The notes under the pieces: generated by a model | Databases searched by the model: none | What the model was told of the DNA's origin: nothing | What the model saw: only the letters and a program-made list of their open reading frames with translations | Part shown: positions 30,400 to 40,179 of the stretch, one piece after another | Numbering within the stretch: position 1 is the stretch's first letter | Layout of the letters: the number at the start of each line of letters is the position of its first letter | Made by a program: the position numbers and the translations under genes | From: Phycisphaerae bacterium | Lineage (GTDB): Bacteria > Planctomycetota > Phycisphaerae > UBA1845 | Reading direction: 5' to 3' | Assembly (NCBI GenBank): GCA_963666835.2 | Contig: CAXXGO010000006.1 | Span: forward strand, 960,001-1,024,000 | DNA length: 64,000 nucleotides

Positions 30400-31650
30400 T
30401 TACCCCGCCTTTTTCGTTCCGGATTCCGCCGGTCCTTCGCCTAACGTGAATTTGAAATGGGAGCCTCGATCGATGTTTGACTCGACCCACAGACGTCCCC
30501 CGTGTCGTTCCACTACCTTGCGGCAGATCGCCAGCCCGATTCCCGTGCCCTCGTAATCGCTGCAACCGTGCAGGCGCTTGAACGGTGTGAATACCTGCTC
30601 GAAATGTTCCTCTTTTATGCCGATGCCGTTGTCCAGGACGCCGAACTGCCATTCCCCGTCGACCTTCTCCGCGGTGATCTGAACGGATGGTCGCCGATCG
30701 GTCGCAACGAATTTCAGGGCATTCCCGATCAGGTTCTGGTAAAGCTGAGTAAGAAGTGTGGGGTCCCCGGACGTTATCGGAAGGTCATCCGAGGTTATTG
30801 TCGGCTCCACTTCCTCGATCCGGCCGGCCAAGGCTTCCAGAGCTCTGTTAACGCAATCCTGCAACGCAATGGGCTCGTGCCTCATTGCCGAACTGCCGGC
30901 GCGAGAAAGCTGGAGCAAGTCTTCTACCAGCGTTCGCATTCGCCGAGCGGCGTCGGTGATGAACTCCAGATCTCGATCGGCCCTTTCCGGCAAGTCGTCC
31001 CCCAGATCCGCGCGTAGCAGATTACTGAACGAGATCAACTTCCGCAGGGGCTCCTGCAGGTCGTGGCTGGCTACATAGGCGAATTCCGCAAGCTCCTCGT
31101 TCTTCTGCCGCAAGGCCGTGTTTGCTTCTTTCGCCCGGGTGGCCGTGGCCTCCAGTTCGGCGCGCGACGCTTCCAACTCCCGAGCACGCTCACTCAGGGC
31201 GGTTCGAGCTTCCTGGAGCTCTGCAAGCCTATCGTACTCCGGGGTCACATTGCCAATTGCGAGCAGGGCGCGCGGGGGAGAGTTCGAGATCAGGCGGACC
31301 TGAGTCTTCTGGATCATAAGGGACGTGCCCTGCCGGCACTTTACTTCGATCGGAAGGACGTGACGGTGAAGCGCCGCCGAGTACACGGCCGGAGTGCCGG
31401 TTGTGAACACTTGCCCAATCCGTTCGCCGTAGCGCGGTTCGCGCAGGTTGGGAAAACGCTGCCCGAGGTTGCTGCCCAGGGCTTCTTCGCGTGGGATTCC
31501 GGTCCACTCGGCCAGAGTGACATTCCACTCGTGAATGTTCAGATCGGGATCGATAACGCACACGCCCAATGACAGCATGTCCAGAACCTCGTTCAAGCCG
31601 AGGTCCAGCAGATTCGTAGTACCCACGGTTGCTTCGCTTGTCGGGGTCAT
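30400..31650 (-). CDS. PAS + Cph1-type histidine kinase
   Basis: GVCVID...WN..LAEWTG PAS; FAYVASHDLQEPLRK, DNGIGI, GTGIGLAICRKVVERHGG. Confidence 0.93.
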   Translation of the reverse strand: MTPTSEATVGTTNLLDLGLNEVLDMLSLGVCVIDPDLNIHEWNVTLAEWTGIPREEALGSNLGQRFPNLREPRYGERIGQVFTTGTPAVYSAALHRHVLPIEVKCRQGTSLMIQKTQVRLISNSPPRALLAIGNVTPEYDRLAELQEARTALSERARELEASRAELEATATRAKEANTALRQKNEELAEFAYVASHDLQEPLRKLISFSNLLRADLGDDLPERADRDLEFITDAARRMRTLVEDLLQLSRAGSSAMRHEPIALQDCVNRALEALAGRIEEVEPTITSDDLPITSGDPTLLTQLYQNLIGNALKFVATDRRPSVQITAEKVDGEWQFGVLDNGIGIKEEHFEQVFTPFKRLHGCSDYEGTGIGLAICRKVVERHGGRLWVESNIDRGSHFKFTLGEGPAESGTKKAG

Positions 31651-31651
31651 G

Positions 31652-32266
31652 TCACGGCCTCTTGTCGATTGCCGACAGTGCGTCAAACCACGCTTCGATT
31701 ACGCCCAAGCCAAACACCAGAACGAGAGTGCCGTCGACGCCCCGCTCGGCCACTTGGAAGTGCGCGGCGGCCACGACGACGGCGTCCGGTTCCTCATTCG
31801 GCGGCGAGGTCGCGGGCGTTGCAATCCTGGCCAGTGAGTCGTTGGGCAAGAATTTCGGCACGCTGTAAACAAACCGCATACCGGCGAGATTGGCAATGGA
31901 ACCCATCACCGCGTTCAATACGATGTTGCCGACTTCCGTCAGAATCCCCGAGACGTCGAAATCCGTAAGGTCGCCTTCGTCGCCTGCCGCACCAAGCAGC
32001 CGGGCCAGCGTGTGGCCACTGGCCTGAGGGAAGACCAAAGACGCCCGCCCGCAAACGTCCCCGGTAAAGTCCTGTCGTACGGTGACGAGAGTCTCCTGCG
32101 GTACGCTGACCACTTCGGTCAGCTTCGCCGCCACACAGATCTTCACGTTCGGGATGCTCAGGTCGACGCGTTCGCCGACCAGCTCACTCAGGGAGCATGC
32201 CGCCCGGCCCACGCCGATGTTGATCGCCTCAGTGAGCATATCCTGTTGATCAAGCGTCAAGTTCAC
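31652..32266 (-). CDS. cheC: CheC-family phosphatase (copy 2)
   Basis: Two ExxN motifs (EAINIG, EVGNIV), GRAACSLSEL; GTG start overlapping the upstream stop (GTGA). Confidence 0.88.
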   Translation of the reverse strand: MNLTLDQQDMLTEAINIGVGRAACSLSELVGERVDLSIPNVKICVAAKLTEVVSVPQETLVTVRQDFTGDVCGRASLVFPQASGHTLARLLGAAGDEGDLTDFDVSGILTEVGNIVLNAVMGSIANLAGMRFVYSVPKFLPNDSLARIATPATSPPNEEPDAVVVAAAHFQVAERGVDGTLVLVFGLGVIEAWFDALSAIDKRP

Positions 32267-32634
32267 GTCACGCCCTCCGATTCGACGCGGATTCGGGCGA
32301 GGCATGCTTCAACTTCCGTACTTCTGGGCGGCTTACAGAGATAGGCTGAGACTCCCAACGATTGGCACTCTTCGCGCGCGCTCTCTTGGATGTCGGCAGA
32401 GACGACAACTACCCGTAGTGCCGAATCCCGACTTCGCAGGATTCGCAGGAACTCGAAACCGTTCATTACCGGCATCAGAAGATCCATGAGAACGCAGTCC
32501 GGTCGGTGTTCCTCGATAGCGGCGAATGCCGCTTGGCCGTTGTCGGCCTCGACAACTTCGTGCCCACCTGACTCTACCATGCGGGCGATCATGTGCCGGG
32601 CGAAAGACGAATCGTCGACAACCAGGACTTTCAT
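32263..32634 (-). CDS. cheY: CheY-like response regulator (copy 2)
   Basis: MKVLVVDDSSFAR, DLLMP, VSADIQ, KP. Confidence 0.85.
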   Translation of the reverse strand: MKVLVVDDSSFARHMIARMVESGGHEVVEADNGQAAFAAIEEHRPDCVLMDLLMPVMNGFEFLRILRSRDSALRVVVVSADIQESAREECQSLGVSAYLCKPPRSTEVEACLARIRVESEGVT

Positions 32635-33046
32635 ACGCGGACCCTTCGAGCAAACACGGTGGCCTTCCCCGACTCGGTCGCGTCCTGCACAGCCCCCGGC
32701 CGACAACTCTGCGCGGAAAGCCAAGCGGACCCTTGAGCCCGGCGTCACCGGCGCTCCGAAAGTGCCGGAGTGACCGAGACTCTGTGCGCCTGCGGTTCAA
32801 GAAGACCTGAGCATCCGCTTGATCCGCATGCGCCGGTGCCCGGCGAACCGAGCCGTGGATCGAGTCTTTTTGGCGACTTGACGCACCACTGTCCTGTAGG
32901 GATTAATCGGCTGCCCCTGGTAGCCAGTTGCAGAAACGTCGTTCGGAGAAAGCGCCGTCCGTCACCAAGTTGATCTTGCGGACGACGGATGCGATTATCG
33001 GCCTTATCAACTCGCGGCGGATATCGTCGAGCATTCGCCGGTCTCC

Positions 33047-33661
33047 TTACGCGCCCATGTTGATCGCCGAGAGCGCTTCCAACAGCGCGTCGATCCCACC
33101 TAGTTCAAACACAAGAACCACGGTTCCCTTTATGCCGCGCCCGATTACGTCGAAGTGGGCGATGGCTACGACGGCAACGTCCGGTTCTCGGTCCGGCGAC
33201 TGCAACGCCGATGTTACGGTTTCCGCCAGGCGATCATGCGGTGAGAACACCGGCACATCGAATACGAACCGCGTTCCGGTCAGGTTGGCAACCGAACCCA
33301 TCACCGAGTTCAACACGATGTTCCCGACCTCCGTCAGAATCCCGGAGATCTCGAAGTCCGCCGGCGCGCCGTCGTCGTCCGCCGCTCCGAGCAGGCCGGC
33401 CAACATCTGACCACTGGCCGGAGGTACGAGCAACAACGCGCAACCGCGGACCTTGCCGCTGAAGTTCTGCCGTACGGCGATGTAAGCTCCCTCTCGCAGG
33501 TTGATTACATTTTTCATCTCGGCCAACCCGCAGATTCGCAGGCTTAATACGTTCAGCTTGACGCGCCCCCCGACCACCTCGCTCAACGAGGATGCCGCTC
33601 GGCCGACACCGATGTTAATTGCTTCCGAGAGCATGTCCTGCTGGTCGGCCGACAGGTTCAC
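33047..33661 (-). CDS. cheC: CheC-family phosphatase (copy 1)
   Basis: EAINIG and EVGNIV ExxN motifs; same 615-bp length as copy 2. Confidence 0.88.
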   Translation of the reverse strand: MNLSADQQDMLSEAINIGVGRAASSLSEVVGGRVKLNVLSLRICGLAEMKNVINLREGAYIAVRQNFSGKVRGCALLLVPPASGQMLAGLLGAADDDGAPADFEISGILTEVGNIVLNSVMGSVANLTGTRFVFDVPVFSPHDRLAETVTSALQSPDREPDVAVVAIAHFDVIGRGIKGTVVLVFELGGIDALLEALSAINMGA

Positions 33662-34029
33662 GTCACACCCTCCGCCTCGGCACGTATCTTCTCGACACAC
33701 GCCGTAATCTCTTTGATTCTAGGTGGTTTTCCCAGAAAGGCGGAGACGCCCAAAGCCTGACACTCCGCGCGGACGTCCGCCTGGATGTCAACAGATACGA
33801 CGATCACCGGTAGGGTGGAACCTCGACTCCTTATAGCCCGCAGAACATCGATACCGTCCATCACCGGCATCAGAAGATCGAGTGACACGCAGTCCGGCCG
33901 GTGGTCTTCGATGGCCGTCAGTGCCGCCTTCCCGTTTTCGGCCTGGAGCACCTCGTGCCCTCCGAGTTCCAACATGCGGATGATCATCCGCCGGGTAAAC
34001 GCTGAGTCGTCGACCACCAAGATCCTCAT
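33658..34029 (-). CDS. cheY: CheY-like response regulator (copy 1)
   Basis: MRILVVDDSAFTR, DLLMP, VSVDIQ, KP; GGAGG RBS. Confidence 0.85.
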   Translation of the reverse strand: MRILVVDDSAFTRRMIIRMLELGGHEVLQAENGKAALTAIEDHRPDCVSLDLLMPVMDGIDVLRAIRSRGSTLPVIVVSVDIQADVRAECQALGVSAFLGKPPRIKEITACVEKIRAEAEGVT

Positions 34030-34753
34030 TGACCGTCCTCCCGGAAACCGCTTCGACTTAACCCGGCGTGCGCATGGAAAGAAGGGGCTTACACCGGTAT
34101 CTGGCATACTCCACTGCTGGAATCTCCGAACACGCTACCGTCTCGTAGACCCGTAAACGCGATAGCAACCGTAACGCCGGCCTATTCCGCTCGAAAAGAG
34201 CCCCGCGTTTTCCCAGCTTCAACCTCTTGCCGACGATGGCTCCATTCCGGTATCGAGAGTGCCTGACGACCTGACCCGCAGGTGCATTACAGGCGCTCAT
34301 CGGCTCGCGGTGGCGAGCTATTCCAGAGGTGTTTTCCCGGTAATCAACACCTCTTCTAAGGCGAGCTCCTCCGGACGACGCGCCGGTTGCAAGCCGATGC
34401 CGCCGTCGCGAGGTTAACGTTGGTGACGTCCGCTCCGGAAGAACCACGATTGGCTTGGTTGTGTTGTGCAGTGTCACCCTATAGACGCTTCCACGCCAAC
34501 GAAGCCAAGAAGCACAACATCACCGCCGACGGCGACCGGTATTATCAGGCTCCCGGCCGGGTCTTGGGTGGGCTCGCGCCGATCGTGGTATTATCGCTTT
34601 CTTGACGCGGCCGGTACCTTGCCTCCCAATGTCGTCCGGGGCGTTGTTTTCAGAAAGAGCCCGCAACGTCCGATATCATCGGTGGCCCGAATCGGGTGCC
34701 GTTGGTTGTGCAGCCGGTTGCGGGGTTTTCCAGGAAACCGAGGAAGAACGCTA

Positions 34754-37700
34754 ATGAGTATGCAGTCGTTTTCAGCCGTTTTTGCCGCTACGGCGATGCT
34801 CGGGGCAACGTTGCCTGGTTACGTAGACTCCCGAGGCTCTAATGACCCTACCGCGACACCAGTAACGCCGACGTCGGCGGAGACCTTCGCCGGGTTGAAG
34901 TTCCGGGGGATCGGACCGGCGCTGATGTCCGGGCGGATCGGCGACCTTGCAGTCGACCCGGCGGACCGAAGCCACTACTACGCGGCGGTGTCGTCCGGGG
35001 GCGTGTGGAAGACCACCAACGCCGGCACCACTTGGACCCCGGTCTTCGATAAGGAAGGCTCGTACTCGATCGGGTGTCTGGCGATGGATCCGGGCAACCC
35101 TCACGTGGTTTGGGTGGGCACCGGCGAAAACAACAGTCAGCGTAGCGTGTCGTTCGGCGATGGGGTTTACCGGACCCGCGACGGCGGAGCCCACTGGGAG
35201 AACCTCGGCCTGCGCGACTCGGAGCACATTGGAAAGATCCTCATAGATCCGCGGGACTCCGACACGGTCTACGTAGCCGCTCAAGGACCGCTCTGGAGAG
35301 CCGGCGGTGACCGAGGTCTATACAAGACCATTGACGGTGGCCGAAGCTGGGAACGCATTCTCCACGTCAGCGACGACACCGGCATTAACGAGGTCCATCT
35401 TGATCCGCGCGACTCTGACGTGCTCTACGCCACGTCATATCAGCGGCGGCGGCACGTCTGGACGCTAATCGACGGCGGACCGGAGTCGGCAGTCTATAAG
35501 TCCATTGACGCCGGCGCGTCATGGCGCAAGGTCACCCACGGGTTGCCCGAGGTCGACCTGGGACGTATTGGCCTGGCCGTCTCCCCGGTCGACCCTGATA
35601 TAGTCTACGCGATCGTCGAGGCCGCGGAGGGCCAGGACGGCTTCTTCCGCTCGGACAATCGGGGCGAAACCTGGACCAGACAGAGCGACTACAAGACCAC
35701 CAGTGCGCAATATTACAACGAAATCGTCTGCGATCCGCAGCGCCCGGAGCGTGTCTATGTGTTGGACACTATCCTCCACGTGACCGAGGACGGCGGGCGG
35801 ACTTTTCAACGCGTTCCCCGCGACCATCGTCATGTGGACGATCACGCGTTGTGGATTGATCCGACCGACACGGACTACCTGCTAATCGGCTGCGACGGCG
35901 GGGTGTACGAGAGCTTTGACCGCGGGGTCAATTGGCGATACATGCCCAATCTGCCGGTGACCCAATTCTACCGCGTAAGTGTCGACAACTCGGAGCCGTT
36001 CTACTTCGTCTACGGCGGAACTCAGGACAACAACACTCTCGGCGGGCCTTCGCGTACGACCAGCCCGGCGGGAATCTGCAACGAAGACTGGTTCGTAACC
36101 GTTGGTGGAGACGGGTTCAAGACGCGCATTGATCCGCAGAACCCGAACATCGTCTACAGCCAATGGCAGCATGGCGGGCTCATTCGGTTCGATCGCCGTA
36201 GCGGTCAGCGCCTGGACATCAAACCACGCGAGAACCCCGGTGAAGATCCGCTTCGCTGGAACTGGGACTCGCCATTGATCATCAGTCCGCACAATCCTCA
36301 CCGCCTGTACTTCGGAGCCCAGAGACTCTTTCGCTCCGATGATCGCGGTGATAGCTGGACGGCCATCAGCGAAGACCTCACCCGCCGGATAGATCGCGAC
36401 CAGCTCGAGGTGATGGGGCGAATCCAACGAGCCGACGCGGTGGCCAAGAACAGCCACACATCGTTCTACGGCAATCTGGTAGCCTTGGATGAATCTCCGC
36501 TCGTGGAGGGATTGATCTATGCCGGCACCGATGACGGGCTAGTCCAGGTAACCGACGACGGCGGCGAAACCTGGCGCCGAATTGCGCTCTTCCCCGAAGT
36601 TCCGGACATGGCCTATGTCAGCTATCTGTCAGCATCCGGGCACGATGCCGACACCGTCTTTGCCGCCTTCGACAACCACAAAAACGCCGACTTCAAGCCG
36701 TATATTCTGGTCAGTACCGACCGCGGACGCAACTGGGAGTCAATCTCCGGTGATCTGCCCGAGCGCAACATCGTCTATGCTCTTGCCGAAGACCACGTCA
36801 ACCCCCATCTGCTCTTCGCCGGAACGGAGTTCGGCGCGTTCTTCAGCAGCGACCGGGGCAAACACTGGATCCACCTCACCGGAGAAATCCCGACAATCGC
36901 GGTTCGCGACCTTGAACTGCAGAGACGCGAGAACGACCTCGTCCTGGGCACCTTCGGCCGGGGAATATACATCCTCGACGACTATACCCCACTCCGAACA
37001 GTCGACGCTGAGCTGCTTGAGCAGGAATCGGTGCTCTTTCCGGTCAGAGACGCACTTCGCTATATCCCAACCAGCCGGCTCGGCGGCACAACCGGCATAG
37101 GCTCGCAAGGCGCGTCGTTCTTTGCCGCCCCCAACCCACCGTTCGGAGCCGTATTCACCTACTACCTCAAGAACAAGATCATGTCCCGCGCCGAACGGCG
37201 CCGGGCCAACGAGAAGGATCACGAGAAGGCCGGCACCACGGCGCCTTATCCAACGATGGACGAGCTGCACGCCGAGGACCTCGAAGAAGAACCAAAGGTC
37301 CTGTTGACCGTGCGTGATTCAGTCGGGAAGGTCGTACGCCGCGTCACCGGACCGCGCGATAAGGGTCTGCATCGGGTCGCCTGGGACCTGCGCCGTCCCT
37401 CCACGAACCCCACCGTGGTGAAGCCGCCAGCCGAGCAGTCCCCGTGGTGGCGTCCACCTACCGGACCGCTGGCTCCGGTGGGCAGCTACACCGTAACTCT
37501 TGCCCGGGAGACCGACGGGGTTGTTATCCCGCTGGCCGGACCAGTGCCGTTCAACGTCGTTCCACTACCATCTCCCGTTCCAGGCGAGGCCGACCCCTCC
37601 GGTTTTCACGCCAAGGTAGCGCGTTTGCATCGGGCAGTACAGGGGGCGATCAGGGCCGGGGGTGAGGCGGAGACCCGCCTGAACCACTTGCGGCAGGCGC

Positions 37701-38059
37701 TTATGGACACCCCCGCCGCGGACGAGGCGATGCTGGCCGACATTTGGGAGACTCAGCAGCGGCTCGACCGGCTGCTGGTCCGCCTGCGCGGCGACCCCTC
37801 CCGCCGAAAGAGAGAATCCCCGGATTCACTTTCCATCAGCGAACGCATTGCCAACGTAGTGTCAAACCAGTGGCAAATCACAACCGGGCCCACGCAAACC
37901 CAGCGCGACGCCTACGGAATCGCCGGTGCCGAATTCACCGAAGTGCTCGCCCAGTTGCGAACGTTGATTGAACGCGACATCGTGGGGCTGGAACGTAAGC
38001 TGGAAGACGCCGAGGCCCCGTGGACGCCCGGGCGAGTCCCCACGTGGGTGATGGAGTAG
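34754..38059 (+). CDS. VPS10/BNR (Asp-box) repeat secreted protein, 'glycosyl hydrolase' family
   Basis: FRGIGPALMSGRI start; many (S/T)xDxGxTW Asp-box repeats; GGTQDN; LVLGTFGRGIYILDD; GAGG RBS before ATG 34754. Confidence 0.9.
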   Translation: MSMQSFSAVFAATAMLGATLPGYVDSRGSNDPTATPVTPTSAETFAGLKFRGIGPALMSGRIGDLAVDPADRSHYYAAVSSGGVWKTTNAGTTWTPVFDKEGSYSIGCLAMDPGNPHVVWVGTGENNSQRSVSFGDGVYRTRDGGAHWENLGLRDSEHIGKILIDPRDSDTVYVAAQGPLWRAGGDRGLYKTIDGGRSWERILHVSDDTGINEVHLDPRDSDVLYATSYQRRRHVWTLIDGGPESAVYKSIDAGASWRKVTHGLPEVDLGRIGLAVSPVDPDIVYAIVEAAEGQDGFFRSDNRGETWTRQSDYKTTSAQYYNEIVCDPQRPERVYVLDTILHVTEDGGRTFQRVPRDHRHVDDHALWIDPTDTDYLLIGCDGGVYESFDRGVNWRYMPNLPVTQFYRVSVDNSEPFYFVYGGTQDNNTLGGPSRTTSPAGICNEDWFVTVGGDGFKTRIDPQNPNIVYSQWQHGGLIRFDRRSGQRLDIKPRENPGEDPLRWNWDSPLIISPHNPHRLYFGAQRLFRSDDRGDSWTAISEDLTRRIDRDQLEVMGRIQRADAVAKNSHTSFYGNLVALDESPLVEGLIYAGTDDGLVQVTDDGGETWRRIALFPEVPDMAYVSYLSASGHDADTVFAAFDNHKNADFKPYILVSTDRGRNWESISGDLPERNIVYALAEDHVNPHLLFAGTEFGAFFSSDRGKHWIHLTGEIPTIAVRDLELQRRENDLVLGTFGRGIYILDDYTPLRTVDAELLEQESVLFPVRDALRYIPTSRLGGTTGIGSQGASFFAAPNPPFGAVFTYYLKNKIMSRAERRRANEKDHEKAGTTAPYPTMDELHAEDLEEEPKVLLTVRDSVGKVVRRVTGPRDKGLHRVAWDLRRPSTNPTVVKPPAEQSPWWRPPTGPLAPVGSYTVTLARETDGVVIPLAGPVPFNVVPLPSPVPGEADPSGFHAKVARLHRAVQGAIRAGGEAETRLNHLRQALMDTPAADEAMLADIWETQQRLDRLLVRLRGDPSRRKRESPDSLSISERIANVVSNQWQITTGPTQTQRDAYGIAGAEFTEVLAQLRTLIERDIVGLERKLEDAEAPWTPGRVPTWVME

Positions 38060-38071
38060 CCTCGCCGTCCG

Positions 38072-39511
38072 TTACAGATGCGGCGAAGCTATTTTCGCTA
38101 TGCCGTCGCGCAAGCGGCGCCAGGCAGGCCGAGAATCAACCTGCTTAAGCGTGACCCGCTCGGAACCGGCGAGGATCTCATCCAGCCAAGCTCCCAGCCG
38201 CCCGGCCAGCTCCCGGTCGTAAGCTTCGATATTGAATTCGAAATGCAGCCGGAAGCTCCGCTGGTCTACGTTGGCCGAGCCGAGCAGCACCCACTCATCA
38301 TCAACGAGCAGCAGCTTGGTGTGTGCGAAAGGCGGCGGGCGGCGGTACACCGCAATATCGTGTTCAAGCAACTGCCACAGGTAGGCATCCGCCGCCCACC
38401 GCATGTACGGAAGATCGACCTTCGAAGGCAACAACAACGCCACGTCGACCCCGCGCAGCGCCGCCATGGCCATCGACGAAATCAGAGGCCAAGTCGGCAC
38501 GAAATAAGGCGTGACGATCCGAACGCGGTGTCGGGCCGAGGAGAACGCCGCTTGCATAATCCAGTGGATAATCTCCAGGTCCTCGTCCGGACCACTGGAG
38601 ATTCCCCGGCATACTGCCGGCCCCACCGGCGCCAACGGAGGAAAGAAGTCCTCACCGGTCAACAACTCACTCGTGGCCGTAGCCCAGTCTTCGACGAAGG
38701 TGTGTTGCATCTCTGACACTACCGGTCCGCCGATCTCGAAGTGCAGATCCTCTACCCGGGTGGGGCGCGTGTTGGCCGTCAGATACCGTTCGGAGATGTT
38801 CATCCCGCCGGTAAACCCCCGCCGCCCGTCTACCACCATGATCTTACGGTGATTCCGCAGGTTTAGCCGGAGCCGCCCGAAGGGGAACCGGAGTGGAAAG
38901 AACACGGCCACCTCCGCCCCTGATTTCAACAGGCGTCGCCCCATGCGAGAGAATGACTGCAAAGCCCCGATTCCATCAACCAGCACGTATACGCGCACTC
39001 CGCGCCCGGCCGCATCCTCCAACGCGGCGGCGAAGTCGTGCCCTACCTTATCCCAATCAAAGATGTAGCTGGCCAACGTGACCGATTGTTCTGCTTGGTG
39101 TATAGCTTCCAGCATCTGCGGATACGCTGCTTCCCCGCAATGCAAAGGCGTGATCAGATTGCCCGGCAGCAACGGCAGCCGGGTAACCCGGTCGGCTACC
39201 GTACGCAAGCTCAGCAGATGTTCACCGGGGGCGCCGGGTGGGCCTTGGCTTTGCGGCTCGCTCACCGGCCGCGCATCGAACGGTCGATCCCGCCGGCCCA
39301 GATGACGCAACGCCCGCCGCTCTATCCGGTTGATTCCCAGTGCCCAATACAGCCACGGACCGATGATCGGCAGGGCCAAGCTGATGAACGCCCAAATGAC
39401 CGCGCTGCGGGAATCGCGCTTGTACATCACCGCCTGCGCCGCGGCCATCCCACCGGGAACCAACCACGCCGCCAGCAGCACACCGATTAACCAGCCAGAG
39501 GACGCTAACAT
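38072..39511 (-). CDS. cls: Cardiolipin synthase
   Basis: Two PLD HKD motifs (RNHRKIMVVDG, HTKLLLVD), N-terminal TM region, TPYFVP. Confidence 0.92.
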   Translation of the reverse strand: MLASSGWLIGVLLAAWLVPGGMAAAQAVMYKRDSRSAVIWAFISLALPIIGPWLYWALGINRIERRALRHLGRRDRPFDARPVSEPQSQGPPGAPGEHLLSLRTVADRVTRLPLLPGNLITPLHCGEAAYPQMLEAIHQAEQSVTLASYIFDWDKVGHDFAAALEDAAGRGVRVYVLVDGIGALQSFSRMGRRLLKSGAEVAVFFPLRFPFGRLRLNLRNHRKIMVVDGRRGFTGGMNISERYLTANTRPTRVEDLHFEIGGPVVSEMQHTFVEDWATATSELLTGEDFFPPLAPVGPAVCRGISSGPDEDLEIIHWIMQAAFSSARHRVRIVTPYFVPTWPLISSMAMAALRGVDVALLLPSKVDLPYMRWAADAYLWQLLEHDIAVYRRPPPFAHTKLLLVDDEWVLLGSANVDQRSFRLHFEFNIEAYDRELAGRLGAWLDEILAGSERVTLKQVDSRPAWRRLRDGIAKIASPHL

Positions 39512-39561
39512 GTGGCGGGAGTGTACCCGAACCCCTTGAATGGATCGAACCCTGCCGGTCG

Positions 39562-39945
39562 CTACTCGCCGAACTGGACCGGCGTAACTCCAAGATCAAT
39601 GATGCTGCACGCCAGAATGGGATCGAGCCCCAGCTCTCGCGCCCGCTGGACGAATTCGTCGCTTTCCGCTCCGGGGTTGACGAAGAACTCCGTCGGCGCA
39701 AGCGCCGCGATGCCGGGCAGAATCTCAATCCCCCGGGCCGGAGGAAGGTAGAGCGTCACCCGGTCGATCTTCACGGGAATGTCCTCCACCGCAGTGTACA
39801 CGGTCAGACCCTCGATCCGGCCGCCCTTCGGGTTGACTGCGTACACGTCCCAACCCTGCTTCTGGTAGGCTCGCACGGCCTTGTTGCTGTACTTCTTGCG
39901 ATTGCCTGACGCTCCGACGACTGCTACCGTTTTCTTCGCCATCAT
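39562..39945 (-). CDS. CoA-binding protein (YccU-like)
   Basis: VAVVGAS..RKKYSNKAVR, YAVNP, NPGAES, AC. Confidence 0.88.
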   Translation of the reverse strand: MMAKKTVAVVGASGNRKKYSNKAVRAYQKQGWDVYAVNPKGGRIEGLTVYTAVEDIPVKIDRVTLYLPPARGIEILPGIAALAPTEFFVNPGAESDEFVQRARELGLDPILACSIIDLGVTPVQFGE

Positions 39946-40043
39946 CCAGCCACCTCCAAAACGAGAAGGCCACAATGTTATCCGCAAAGGCCCGCAATGT
40001 GAAGGCGTGGTCGGCACGCGGTTTGAGTGCACAAGAGGAGCGT

Positions 40044-40100
40044 GCCCCACGGCATTAGCCGCAGGGGATGTGGGGATCGCTCGGCTTCGACCGTGGGGGA
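40044..40100. repeat. Degenerate palindromes resembling IS200/IS605 subterminal hairpins
   Basis: GCCCCACGGC-ATTA-GCCGCAGGGG plus a second copy CTCGGCTTCGACCGTGGGGG; no transposase adjacent. Confidence 0.4.
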
Positions 40101-40179
40101 TGTCAGTTCTTTGTCAGTTACCGTCCGCCATTACCATGAAAGGTGGACGGGCCGGTTGCCAAGGAAACGCAAACGCGGG

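Noticed and set aside
34058..34753. Short ORFs and the 96-aa N-terminal extension of the VPS10 ORF
   Set aside because: No recognisable domains; the RBS and signal peptide support ATG 34754. Probably a divergent promoter region
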